A DNA stretch of 64,000 bases. It comes from Amphiscolops sp. MND2022. Its lineage: Eukaryota. Of the stretch, positions 36,834 to 49,739 are shown one piece after another. The notes under the pieces were generated by a model, which had not been told where the DNA came from, made no database searches, and saw only the letters and a list, made by a program, of their open reading frames with translations. Position 1 is the first letter of the stretch. Each line of letters starts with the position of its first letter. A program made the position numbers and the translations under genes. The stretch is taken from NCBI GenBank assembly GCA_964187785.1, contig OZ076409.1, positions 85,562,001-85,626,000 of the forward strand, given 5' to 3'.

Positions 36834-39800
36834 ATGTCGGCATCTGCTGAGAACTTGAAGAATGCCCAGAGTATTCTGTGGGGATCCACAATCGAAACTA
36901 AATCATTTTTGCAATGGAACCAACCTTTCATTTTTAGGTAAGTTTCCAAAATAATACAATTTCCCTACCCTCTGAGACCAACTCACTTCGATTTGGTTTA
37001 GGCAAGATTTCTAAATTTTTTGTATGCCCCGAGTTGCAAGTTTCAAGGAAACTTGGTTTTGGTACTTTTCAACCATTTGAGGCTGAAAGTATGCGGAAAA
37101 TTCGTCGAAAACAGCTCGTCGAAATTGAAGGGCGGAAAACTGGTCGAATGCCAATTAGGTTGCAAACTCGTCGGAAAAATTACAGATTACCAACTGGCTG
37201 TAATTAACCCACAAGAAAAACTGGTTTATTTTCTTAAAAATATAGTTGCGAAGCGCTAATTATGAATCAATTTTCTTTGTTTGATGTCTGAAATTTTCAC
37301 TTTTTTGGTTTTACAATTGCTCGACGTGTCTTACTTTTAGAGTTTATCGTGTGATAATTGAGTTGATAATACACTAGAATCACAAAATTAGCACCATATT
37401 TGGCTGTGTGATTGTATATGTACGTCCCTTTGGTGGGTTATTTTCGACGAGTTTTCCTAGATTCGAGGCTGAAAATGTTCTGTTCTGTTCTAGTGAGAAA
37501 GAACCCAGTGCGTTGATCCAGCGTGATGGTGGCCCTTGTGCAGTGCTTGCCCCTATCCAGGCGGAGATACTGTCGCTTATAACCAGAGACACCTGCTTTT
37601 CGGCTATCAGCTCACCCAGCGCCTTCCAGGCTGCTATGAAGCAGTACAGCACCTCCTTGTCTCAAACCAGCTTACTTGCCACCGCATTGTCCAAAATACT
37701 CCTTCGCTGTGCCAAAGGTGCGTTTAATCCTTCATTCACGTTTTTTTCTATTGCAAAGTTTCGTTTAAAAACGGTTTAACCCGTTTTAACTTGGGCGTTT
37801 TTTGCAAATTTTAAATATGACAATTTTAAATCATTATTATCTCCACAATTACGCATATCAGAGAAATGAAGTATATCGCATTTGAAAGGTTTGGTATTGG
37901 GCTTTCATGGTGGCTCCAAGGTTTGCTTGAACGTTTGTCTCGTAGATCGTGTGGCAGTAATAAAGCTGGAGCCTCTAGAGTCCAGCGGAGAAATGGATTT
38001 CAACATGCTCCACGAAAGTATGAAAATTCATTACGTGGACACGCGTACGGACTCAGTGGAAAGAAAGTTGGAGAGTTTCATCCCAACTTTGTTCTCGAGT
38101 GGCGGTGTTCTTGCGTTTGTGTACTCTCTCATCCTTAGCAGAACTGTGGAAGGCATTGAAGCTGATTTGGGAGCCCTTGAAAGCGGGCCTCTGATTGATG
38201 AGATTCACGGTCACGGATCCATTGCTCTGACAAACTTATGTTTGACTGGAGCTGCCACGCCCTACTTGTTCGATGGTGCTAAAGATATTGGAGGTTAGTG
38301 TTAAGTTTTACTCTGCACTGTCTTGATGATGCACTGCTGAAAATGATGCAGTTTCAAATGAGTTAATGAAATGTTTGTTATCGGTGAAGTGGTGAAGTAA
38401 ATTTTCAAAACATGAAATTTTTATTCACCAGCTTTTAATATATATTTCCGGTGTATTTAACATTTGAAAAATGGACCAACTTGGTAAATTATAGTGAGAC
38501 ATCTCGTGAGTGCTGCTTTCTCATGAGCTACAAAATCACTTGTAACGCTGATCTCCTCGAGTGGTGGACAGAAGCTTTTAGGCTTGAAATTTACCCTGTT
38601 GAATAATTTGTAAAGACTTTTCGACACATGTGAGTGTATGAATGAAGGAATGAACTGCAAATCGGCTAAATTTTTCTTTGAAGATACAGCGTTTGTTAGA
38701 ATCTGATGTCCTTTTGAATCAAAATTGAAACAACTTTTTAACAAAAAACCGATTCAAATAGTTCAAATTGTGTTAACTGAAATGTGCTAATCAGTTGAAT
38801 TTAACTGGATTGGTTGAACGATGTGTTAATAATCTAATCTATTTAACAAACCATGGTTTAATCGTTGGTTAAATTGAAAATCATTGGTAGGAATTTACCT
38901 GGGTTGTTAGAAAGTTGGCCAATTAGTAAGAAAAATTGCATTGATTTCATTAAATTGTCTTAACTAAAATCCGTGAAAAGTAATTTTGATATAGTTAAAT
39001 TATTTCTTTAAAAATGTTTTTTTTCAAACTAATGTATTTTTCCAAATACGTAAATCAACCAAGTTCATTCATCATAACAAGAACAGAAAACAGGTCGTTT
39101 TCATGTTGACAGGCATGATGCTGAATGGAATCCAGAGTAACCCTGAGATTGGCTATCTGTCTCTGCTGGAACACTACAGGTACATAGAAGTTGGTTACAG
39201 AATGAAGGCACCCAAACTCCCATGCTGGCTGCTTTCCACAGAAACACATCTCACAGTTTTGTGTTCTCTTGAGAAGTCTTTGTGCTCAGCGTCCGCTTCC
39301 GATCGGGTCAAACAAACTTTCTCCAAGTACGACGCCAATGGAAACGGGTTCATCCAGGAACAGGATCTGGAAAATCTTTTGAAGTAAGTTTCCTCGTTGA
39401 AAAACTATTTCACTAGAATGTCTCCTGAAGCAAAGTTTGCATTTGCTCATCGTTTACTCAGTCACATAACGGAGGCGAAAAAATGGAGAAACAATGAGTA
39501 GAACTTTTGTTCGAAAAATATCGAGAAAAAAAAGAACTCTTGTTTTTTCATGATTCTCGAAAGTTTTTACGAAAGACCTCTTGTCGTTTGGAATGTTTTG
39601 TGTGCAATATAAACAAAATGTTCCATGATCATGGTCATTTCGATTGATGACTAGAAATGCAATATGAACTTGGATTAAGTATTACTTTGCAGAGATTTGG
39701 ATTTACCCGCAGACAATGAGTCATTAGCATCCACGAAAAGCCGTCTAGACACTGAAGACTTGGGGATTATTACTTTGGGGTCAATCATACAGACTTTCTA

Positions 39801-41316
39801 TCCGGAACTACTGACTGCATCGGAGTTTCAAATCATCACTGACGTTCCTTTCATTCACTACAACGGAATGATGCTCAACACAGAAGCGTCCGACAAATCT
39901 GATTGGTATGTTTACCTGCCAAATTGACAGATTTCATGTCCCGGGTTTCCCGACCAGGCCGATCATAATCTGACCATATTATGGCACCACACAAATCATA
40001 CAAATTTCCTTACTATGATCTTGCCATGATCGGCCTGGAATCATATATGGTCCAGTGTATGATCAGCCTGGAATCATCAATTTTTGTTCCAAACGCGGGT
40101 TGACGTGACATGCAACCCAAACAAAAATTTTCAAATATTGAGATCAGCCAGTTTTATAGCCTGAGGGCAATAGAGCCACATTCGACCTTTTGTATCTGCG
40201 AACGATACATTGCATGTCAGAACTCCGTTCAGCTCTAAGCGGAGTTAAAGACAAACTATGGTCACTCAATTTGTTCTCAGTCACTCCATAGTTAATAACT
40301 AACACTTTTGTTATAGCAGTAACCACTTTGCAGTGTGATTTTCGATTATTTCGAGAAAAATTACCGATAATTCAGCAAAAGCTGCCAAAAATTGATGATC
40401 GCTACCTTGTCTTCAATTTGGTGATTGTATTGGACCTTTGGTTGAGGAATATCTTGTAATTTTATCAGTGTATGGGTTAATTGACTACATTATCCTAATT
40501 TTCATTTTATGGCTCCAGGCTGACCATACTCTGGGCCATAAAGGTTTATGGTTCCAGGCTGATCATAGAATGAACCATATATGGCCCAGAATATGGTCAT
40601 GCTGGAACCATAAACTTTGCTTTTTTTATGGAACATGGCGTATCATAGACTGGACCATATATGTACAGAGTATGGTCAGCCTGGAACCATAAACCTTTAT
40701 GGTCCAGAGTATGATCAGCCTGGAATCATACTGTGAGTATGGTGGCAGAGTATGATGGACCTGTTTTTGTATGGGAAGGAAATCCGGGGTGCCAATTTTT
40801 CAAACTTTCGCCTTTCGAGAAAATTAGCGCAGTGAAGTTTCCCGTTTCCCAAATATAGTTCCAAATAATGTACAGTGGATCCCCGATATAATCAACATCA
40901 GCGAAACGATTAGTTGTTTCTTATAATCGAACTTTCTTATATGTGGGTTTAAAAAGGAAGTAAATTTTGCAATCGGGGTTAAGATACGCTGTGACTATAA
41001 GCGGGTATTTCTTGTAGGCGGGTTCCTTATGACCGGGATCTACTGTATTGTTCAAGTTTTGCTGCAATAATGTAGCTTAAATTTACATCCTCTCGCAATC
41101 TAATCGAACTGGTATTGTTACAGTATCGTGGAAGGGGCAGAAGGCTTTGCACAGGAGAGCGCTCCAGCCCAAACATGCTACAGCTACGGTTCCGGAGTTG
41201 TAGGTCTGTCTTCTCTGGACGCGGGAACTTCCACGAAATTGGATCTCATCTTAGCCACCAAGTGGCCGGCCATTCAGATCAACTGGACCACAGGACCGAC
41301 ACCCTGTGTGGATTAG
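36834..41316 (+). CDS. MINDY3: Ubiquitin carboxyl-terminal hydrolase MINDY-3 (FAM188A), 6 coding exons, about 450 aa
   Basis: Exons 36834-36937, 37494-37717, 37946-38293, 39113-39383, 39693-39905 and 41124-41316, all GT-AG with consistent phases (1353 nt). Catalytic Q..GGPCAVLAPIQA, HGHGS...NL.LTG.A, ETHLTV (catalytic His), EF-hand DANGNGFI, HYNG, and C-terminal TKWP.I...WTT. Confidence 0.94.
39940..40788. mobile_element. MITE with CCC termini and subterminal repeats in MINDY3 intron 5 (CMC/EnSpm-like)
   Basis: TIR CCCGGGTTTCC / GGAAATCCGGG, with GT on both flanks. Multiple CCAGGCTGATCATA / TATGATCAGCCTGG units in both orientations. Confidence 0.65.
40873..41045. mobile_element. Tc1/mariner (pogo/Tigger-like) MITE, 173 bp
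   Basis: TA|CAGTGGATCCCCG...CCGGGATCTACTG|TA. Confidence 0.8.
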
Positions 41317-42121
41317 ATGACGTCATGACTCGGAATGATTCGGTCTCTAATTCTTTAAGATTGGGGATGCCCTGTAGCGACGACGAACATGCGACAGTGT
41401 TCAAGACGTGAATTTTGACTGCGGCTTATAAGGAGGATAGAAGAGAAGTTTACATTTTGTTAACAGACTAATTATTGCACGCTGAATGTGTCTTCTAAGA
41501 TTTGTAATAGTTTCATCAATTATCTCGAGTATGAAAGTTTACAAATTCAACTTTTAAATCTGAATAGTCATTCCAGAACAGAGCATCTGTTGATCAGCCG
41601 CAGTTTAATTGAATATTGATTTAGTTCAAAGTGGACGATGTGTCTTATTCCCCCACCCCAGGTAAACCTTGTTTCGAATATCACCCCAAAAAAAACGAAA
41701 GCACAATTTGTCCTTGAATGGAAATATCTCACTAGTAAGAGAATATTATATGAATGTAAATACTTAGAGGATTGTCTTTACAGCTATTTTGGCACTCCCA
41801 GCAAAAAATGACCCCATTTTTTCGATATTATCGTCTAAAATAGCGAAAATTCACACTTGGAACAAACTGAAAATGTATAAAAGGTCCCTATTTCAACGCG
41901 GGGAATAAGACATACGGTCCGACAAAGTTATTGTTGCGGATTGTTGTCAAGTTTGGAGATAACCGTCCTTCAAGAATTACGATTTTGGTCATTGCTAAAT
42001 TGATTGTCATCGAATCTTCAAAAATGAACTACAGTGAATGTTGCTCTTTCAAGATACTTATGGATAATCTGCTTTCATTTCCTCAAGAACATACCTTTAT
42101 CGCAAGAAGTAATTTTCAACA

Positions 42122-42724
42122 ATGACTTCGGACCCTCAACGAAATCATGATTATCTTTTAAAAATTGTCATAGTTGGAGATCACTGTATATGCAAGAGAA
42201 GAACTTACCAAACGCTGAGCGGAGAAACGTATTCCTTGGATGATCATCTTTTAAATTTTATTGGGGTTGATTTCCGAGTGAGACGTTTGTGGCTCGATTC
42301 GAAGCTAGTGAAGATCCAGGTTTGGCATCCAACTGGCGGAGAACGTTTCCGAACAATTCTACCCAGCTATTTCAGGGGAACGGATGGTTTTGTCGTGGTT
42401 TATGATAATTCAGATGCAAATGCGCTCAGAAATTTAGAAAGTTGGCTCCAAGAGATAGAAAAATCGGGTCCTCCGAAAGCTGAAAAGTTTATCGTTGCTG
42501 CGTCTTTCTTGGGTTCAAATGGCGAAGATGTAAGATTGCACGAAGATTTTACCAGTTCACAGGGTATCCCAGTGATAGAATACGACTTTGATCATTTGGA
42601 AGTGCTTGAAGAAAGTTTCCAGAATATGGTGCGTTTGATAATCAAAAAACGGTCTCTCGAGTTAACCAGTAGGACTGTGTATCCTGTTCGAACTCATAAA
42701 AAGAGAACCTGTATTATGCTTTGA
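42122..42724 (+). CDS. Divergent Rab1/Rab8-like small GTPase-fold protein (putative pseudo-GTPase A), intronless, 200 aa, CaaX CIML
   Basis: DYLLKIVIVGD, IGVDFRVR, KIQVW, ERFRTI..SYFRG, VVVYD and WLQEI align to Rab1/8. G1 is GDHCICKR, G3 is HPTGG, and NKxD and SAK are absent. Confidence 0.88.
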   Translation: MTSDPQRNHDYLLKIVIVGDHCICKRRTYQTLSGETYSLDDHLLNFIGVDFRVRRLWLDSKLVKIQVWHPTGGERFRTILPSYFRGTDGFVVVYDNSDANALRNLESWLQEIEKSGPPKAEKFIVAASFLGSNGEDVRLHEDFTSSQGIPVIEYDFDHLEVLEESFQNMVRLIIKKRSLELTSRTVYPVRTHKKRTCIML

Positions 42725-44524
42725 CAGTAGAGTGGAGATCAAATGGTCTCCTCGATGATCTTTAGTTAGCCTCTTCACAATAATGAACAGCATTTTAGTC
42801 AGATCTTTTACAACTTTTGGAACACGAATATAATGCTAGCCATCACATCGGTTCAAAATTGGGAATTTTTGGTTGAAACGTAACCTGGATCATTCTTCTT
42901 GGCTTCAAGTTTTTTTTACAATCGATGTTTTTTATAAGTAGTGAGACAAATCAAATCACTTGATTATTATTTCATTGAAATTTTTTCGTTTCAAATCCCA
43001 AGTCTGCTGGTCATAGCCGTCATAAAAAGTCTTGACAAGCGGATCTGGATGCATAGTCAATAAATCAGCAGAACCGGCGAAAATATGACGTTTCTAATAT
43101 TCTGAAGTAATCCAGGATATCGGATATCCCAAACATTGAGAAAGTGATTATCGCGACATAGCTTTCAAAAGCGAATGTGCTCCCTTAGGTAATATTTTAT
43201 TTCAAAGATTTCAATTTTATTCAGAACAAGGTGTCTTGCTTCCAGGTTTTAAATTTTCTAGTTGGAAAAAATTTCGACTACTGTTACACTCGTACGTTTT
43301 TCCCGACCTTTTAATGAAAGTTTCAAAATTTTTCAAAAACTTCATAGTTTTTTTTTAAAATAAATTGTAGCACAGTCATTCTACACCCAAAGGTGTGCTC
43401 CTGCGTGGGCTATGGCATCAAAATGGTATGACTGGGATCTGAGAAACAGCCAAAATTAGTCCAAAAATGACTAAAAAACGTCTAATTTTGGATTTTTCGA
43501 TTTTCTCAAAAGTTTCATACGATTCGAACGAATTTTTTTTAGTCATTCTACTTCATATTAGTGTCCTATGTGTGCAATGACATCAAAATCACATGACTGG
43601 GATCTGAGAAACATACTTTGTTTTTCAATATTTCAATCAGTTTCCGACTCCTTTACCGCACATGCGGCTCTGGTTTACCATCGAAATTCTGCAAAAAATC
43701 TTTTCAAGGTTTCGAGAAACAGATGCAAGACAATCTTCTATCGGGTGACACTTGGCTTACCTTATTTGTTGTGGCGCATAATCAGTAGCTTGATAATCGC
43801 GTTCACAGACAGAGATACAGACACTTTGACAAGGCTGTTTTAAAACTCATCCTCAAAATTCCCACACAGTTCGATTGTTCGATTGACCAAGTTTAACAAG
43901 TTTTGTTCAAATGATGGGCATTTGTCACAGTTTTGGATGTATACCCCCGTATTGGTTCCAGAAAAGTTTTTTAACACGGTTCGAAGAAACATAGTTGCAT
44001 ATAGAGTTTTATGAATGAATCGGAAGTTTTTAGCGTGTGGTTCTTTGTAAGATTTTTTGTTAGATGACAAATTGAAAACTTTAAAGGTCCGGTCTGCTTT
44101 TTGAAATCTAACCTGAAGATCTAAAGAGTGCTAAACAAGGCCCCTTTTTCACATTTGCACATCCAGCAAATTACAAGGGAGCAGAGGATCCCTCTGTCTC
44201 CTTTGGGTTTTTTGACATTTTGAGTTGAGAAAAAACCGTTTAAAGCCCAAAAGGGATTTTTCGAGCCTTAAGCAGGGCGCCCACTTGAGACCTTTCCAGC
44301 TTGTTTGAATTTGGACAGACTTGGATCGTTCTGGCTTGTTTAATGCAGCCTGAATTGGTAATTCCACAACAAAAAAGTAGCCACACTCCCAGAACGATCT
44401 TTTTAGAGACATATGCTACGAAATTTGTTCCATTGTTGAGAAAAAAATATGCCGAAATTGAAGAATACGGCGACTAAGATCAGTTTTACTTTCACAATCC
44501 AGAAATTTCATGTTTTTTAAAATG

Positions 44525-45098
44525 AAAACAAGACGTGAACGTCTAAAGTCGGCGCTATACCTAAGGCTCAAAAAGCTCAGTTTTTAAAATAAGCCCAGGA
44601 CGTTTTTATGGAAAACTTTGAAAAAAATTGCAACACTCAAAAGGCGCTTTTCGTGTTCGGAAAACGCTTCAGAAGTTAAGATATAGCGTGCTGAGACAAA
44701 TGCGAGCGCTTTTTTCTACGCCTCCTCAGTAAAACGCAAACTACTTCGAATATAACGTCAAGAGTTCGGACATACCGTGCTGCGGCAAATGGGAGCGCTT
44801 GTATTGAAAAAAAATATTTAGTGGATACATATTGAGAAAACCTAATATGAGACAAAAAATGAGAATTTTGAACAGTCTCATAGTGCAAAAAAAGTGAAAA
44901 GGGGACCCTTTTGCTTTGGAATGGTTTTGTATTTCATATAGGAGACTTTGGATGCGTTCAAAATCAAGTACTGTGCACTTATGGTAAAGTGCACGGTGCC
45001 AGTGCACAAAAAGTGGACAATTGAGAGATACTGACAAAAAATAGTCACTGTAATAGTCGGATTTTTTTGTCCTCAAGGGAAAATGCGCTAACTAAAAA
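44525..45098 (-). mobile_element. Helentron/HINE-like repeat, reverse orientation
   Basis: AACAAG..AAGTCGGCGCTATACCTAAGGCTCAAAA at 44525-44575 and GCGCTAACTAAAAA at about 45085-45098. Confidence 0.6.
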
Positions 45099-45718
45099 TG
45101 CTGGAGAATATGGTTTCGCTGATTTCTATGGATGTTCATATTGACAAAAACCAAAAAATCTAGAAATTCGTCTTGAAAAACGAAAAGTTGATGTAAAAAT
45201 GGTAGCTGCCGAATTGTCGCTTCAGGCCTCATGGAAAAATTGGAAAAACATTACCCAGAAGAAACTATATGACAGCAAAATATTAGCGATTTTTGATCTT
45301 TTCCAATAATTTTTGTGACGTTTCTGGTTGGTTTCGTCATCATCAATATCCACAAACGTCAGCAATTATAACTCAAAATGACCTCCCTATCGTATCGACT
45401 TTTTTATGCTATATTTTCAAAAACCTTCAAAACTGAATTTATTCAAACCTTTCAACCGCTGAATTCTGAACGAAAAAAATTTTTGTGTAGAAATAAACAC
45501 TAAGCCAAAATCTGAAACAAACGGCGGCTGAGAAATCTATTTTGGTGCTTCCAAAGAAAATTACTTCATGTGTTTCTATTTTAAATTTTCAAAAATTGAT
45601 ATTTCGAGAAATCGGTTTGAAAGGTCATGAAGTTCATAAGGAAAAGATAGACATTTTATAAAGCCTTTGTAGCTGACAAACTTTGGTATTTGTGACAATT
45701 TATGAGATATTGTTTCAA

Positions 45719-46377
45719 GGGGAGACGGAAATTTCGTCGCCAGAAATTTCGTCGTCAGAAATTTCGTCGTATTAGCAAATCCAGAAATTTCGTCGTCGGA
45801 AATTTTGTATTGATTAGAATTAAGAGCGTTCACCAAAAGATACCATTTGAATTATTCAATTACTTAATTATGAAATTTAGATCTTGAAAAGTTTCATTTC
45901 GACATCAAAATTGAGTCAAAAAGTTAATTGCATTCAATCAACTCACTCATCAAGACGCTCATTCCGCAATGGTTTATTTTCAGTCCGAGGCTTTACAATA
46001 CAATTTAATCTTGAAAAATATCAAAAAATCCTGGTAATTTTTGCTTCAATTGTAGAAACAACTTCGTGTTGGGGGGATAAGAAACAAGGCGTATCTGGGT
46101 GGGAGGCTAAGGACATGGTCTTAAACTTTATCTCAAAACTATAACTGAAACTAGTCAATGATAGCAATACTTGCACAATTTTTGATAATTATCACGACAA
46201 TTATCAAGACTCAATAATTATTGAGACTCGATAATTATTAGGACTCAATAATAATAGACGATTCAAAATAGAATAGAGAAAATGCGACGTTTTATAGAAC
46301 GTAAATCCCGACGACGAAATTTCTGACGACGAAATTTCTGATGACGAATTTTCCGACGACGAAATTTCTGGTAATCG
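45719..46377. mobile_element. Foldback-type MITE with 15-bp tandem subterminal repeats
   Basis: (AGAAATTTCGTCGTC)n at 45728-45805, inverted to (GACGACGAAATTTCT)n at 46310-46370. Confidence 0.75.
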
Positions 46378-46682
46378 TTTTAAGCAAAGGAGTTGCAAGA
46401 TTTTAGGACGCTACCGTATTCGGCCGCAGTGTAACCGAATATTAAACTAGTGCAACAAAGTTTTTCTTGCATTTCGTTATTGCAGATTGTTCTCAAATTT
46501 GAAAATAGCCGTTTTTAGATGAGAAAAACGATAAATTGGTCTTTGCTAAATTGATTGTGCCATCGAATCTTTAAAAATGAAGTATAGTGAATGTTATTCT
46601 CTCAAGATGAACTTGTGGATAATATGCTTTCTTTCAATCTCATCCCTCAAGAGCATACCTTTATCACAAGTAATTTTCAACA

Positions 46683-47272
46683 ATGACTTCGGATCTTCAA
46701 CGAAAGCATGATTATTTTTTGAAAATTGCCATAGTTGGAGATGCCGGTTTATGTAGAGAAAGGACTTACCAAACTCTGAGCGAAGATACTTCTTCCGTTG
46801 ATCATCTGAACTCTATCGGGATCAATTTCCGAGTTAGACGATTGTGGCTTGATTCGAAACTAGTGAAGATCCGGTTTTGGCATCCAATTGGTGGAGAACG
46901 TTTCCGATTAATTCTACCCAGCTATTTTAGGGCAACTGATGGTTTCGTCGTGGTTTATGATAATTCAGATGCAAATGCGTTCGGAAATTGGGGAAAATGG
47001 CTCCAAGAGATCGAAAACTTGGGTCCTCTGAAATGTTGATCGTAGCCGCGTCTTTCTTGGGTTCAAATGGCGAAGATGTAAGATTGCACGAAGATTTTAC
47101 CAGTTCACAGGGTATCCCAGTGATAGAATACGACTTTGATCATTTGGAAGTGCTTGAAGAAAGTTTCCAGAATATGGTGCGTTTGATAATCAAAAAACGG
47201 TCTCTCGAGTTAACCAGTAGGACTGTGTATCCTGGTTAAACTCATAAAACGAGAACTTGTATCATGCTTTGA
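46683..47272 (+). pseudogene. Pseudogenised duplicate of the Rab-like gene at 42122 (copy B)
   Basis: Colinear with 42122-42724. A 7-bp deletion (CCGAAAG) at about 47028 shifts the frame, and CGA>TAA creates a stop at 47237-47239 before the CIML box. Confidence 0.88.
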
Positions 47273-48703
47273 CAGTAGAGTGGAGATCAAATGGTGTCTT
47301 CGATGATCTTTAGTTAGCCTCTTCACAATAATGAACAGCTTTTTAGTCAAATATTTCACAACTTTTGGAACCCGAATAAAATGCTAGCCATCACATCGGT
47401 TCCAAATTGCGAATTTTTTGGTTGAAACAACTTGGATTATTCTTCTTGGCTTCAAGTTTTTTTACAATCAAGTAGTGAGACAAATCAAATCACTCGATTA
47501 TCATTTCATAGAAAATTTTTCGTTTCAAATCCCAAGTCTGCTGGTCATAGCCGTCATAAAAAGTCTTGACCAAGCGGATCTGGATGCATTGTCAATAAAT
47601 CAGCAGAATCGGCGAAAACATGAGGTTTCCAATATTCTGAAGCATATCCCAAACATTGAGAAAGTGATAATCGCCCAGTCTTACTACACGAAGTCAAAAA
47701 TGCACACAAAAACTGCCAGATCACAGTGTATCCCGATGATATCAAACAACTTTTATCATTTGGAAGTACTTGTCGAAAATTTTCTGACGTTGCTAAAATT
47801 GATGGTTGCTAGGAAATATATGAAAAAATTTAAAGCGACATAGCTCTCAAAAGCGAATGTGCTCCCTTATGTGATATTTTATTTGAAAGATTTCAATTTT
47901 TGTTAGAACAAGGTGTCTCTCTTCCAGGTTTTAAGCGCTTTCGAAGGGTCCTCCATTGATCATATTAAACGAACTACAAAACTGCAAAAGACCGAAATGT
48001 GCTCCCATCACTTTTTTGGCACTGCATTCCACCAACAGTTTATTCCACCAAAGGATCCCTGCAGTAATAATTGAATTCATCCAACTGATAGTAAACAAAC
48101 ATATACTAACATCGCAAAGTCAAAGTAAAGGAGAGACCTCTAATTGCATGAGCTGCTTAAAGAGCCTCAAGACGAAAGTGAAAGAACAAATGAGAAACAC
48201 CATACTGTATGATTGGAATAACATGTCTGTAAAAGAAAGGTTTATGATCTCGCAAGAAGAAATCTGGTTCGCAGATTTGCTGTAACGCAATTAAAGTTGC
48301 TGTAAAGCAGCTTCCCTTTTTTGATCACATGATCATTGAAGGTTGTGTTGACCTATAGCAATGCCCGGATACTTTAAAGATGGCTTAATGAGAATATGAT
48401 ATCCGATGTTCACTTCAGGAAACATTCTTTGCATAAATGACCGCTTTAGAATTGTCTTCATTGCATTTGAGCTTATTACTTTTCATCCATACATCGATTT
48501 CTCGTATGGTTTCATTTGAATGGGAATAATCAAAAAATGGTATCCGCTCTAGTACAGTAGTATCATCTGCGAATAATTAAGGTATGATTATGCAAACTCA
48601 GATAAGTCATTAACAATCAAAGTGTCACGTGTAAGAATGTCGTCATCAAAGATGTCGACTTGAAAACTGATGCCGGCACGAATGCGGGGTCAAAAAAACG
48701 ACT

Positions 48704-49106
48704 CTTTTTCCTTTTCCCCCCACACTTTTTAAAGAAAACAAACTCAACATAAAGGATTCTATTCTGTTCTATGTCATTCAATATTTCTTCGAATAAGTCT
48801 TTTCCTTTGTTTTGTTGTCTCCACACTATTAGAGTAGTTTTCCGCTTGAACAAAACATTGTTCACACAATTTGACTAATTATGCTCGTATTGAGTGTCTA
48901 TCGATGACTCAAAACAGGAAGCTGTTGATTTCTTCATCAAAAATGAGTGACTACATAGGGAAAAAGTGTGAACAAAGTTTGTATCTGAATCCTAAACTGT
49001 CACAGTAAGAATAAATTTAAAACTGAACTGTTTCATTGGAAACGCAATTGAGATATGATTAATTGCAAAAACAACATCTTGAAAAGTGTGGGGGAAAAGG
49101 AAAAAG
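48704..49106. repeat. Pair of about 25-bp inverted repeats (possible MITE)
   Basis: CTTTTTCCTTTTCCCCCCACACTTTT / AAAAGTGTGGGGGAAAAGGAAAAAG. Confidence 0.5.
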
Positions 49107-49739
49107 TTCCAAAAAAACAATAATTTTAACGAGTCTCACTTGGTTCAATGTATTTTCTTTCCGCCAATGCCATTTTGAATGCCAGAGGTTTTACTTTCCT
49201 TTTCAAGTCTCTCGATCGACTTCTTGAAGTCCCTTGAAATGATAGTCAAAGAAACAAAACAACTGTTTTTGCAACTGCATTGTCAAAACTCTTCGTTGAT
49301 CCAACACATTGTTAGCTAACTGATTTTTTTGGGTCTAATCAGTTTCGATGAACTGAGATCATTTTTATGCTTCGGGTTTTTAAGATTTCTATATCATTGC
49401 ATTTCATTTCACTAAGATTGAATACCGCCATTTTTATTTTCACTCTTCAATGCTGAGACTTGACCGGACTTTTTAGTGATTCTATTTATAATTTTTGTAT
49501 TCACTACAATTGTGGTTATGAACGGGTGGACATTGCCAAGGACGAACGCCAATGATTGAAATCTAGCTAGCATGGAAGTGTATCTTTTCCAATTGAACTA
49601 CAACTTACTCTAATGTAATGTTCCTTACAGCGCATTTGTTTTCCTGCGAACTTGCCAGTTGAAAAGTGAGGGTTCAAATCTAATCGACATTAAATCTTTT
49701 TTATTATTTCTGGGTTAGCAGGAAGAGAAAAAAATTGAA

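Noticed and set aside
47418..47843. 141-aa ORF downstream of Rab-like copy B
   Set aside because: TTG start. The homologous flank of copy A has indels and stops, so it is not conserved.
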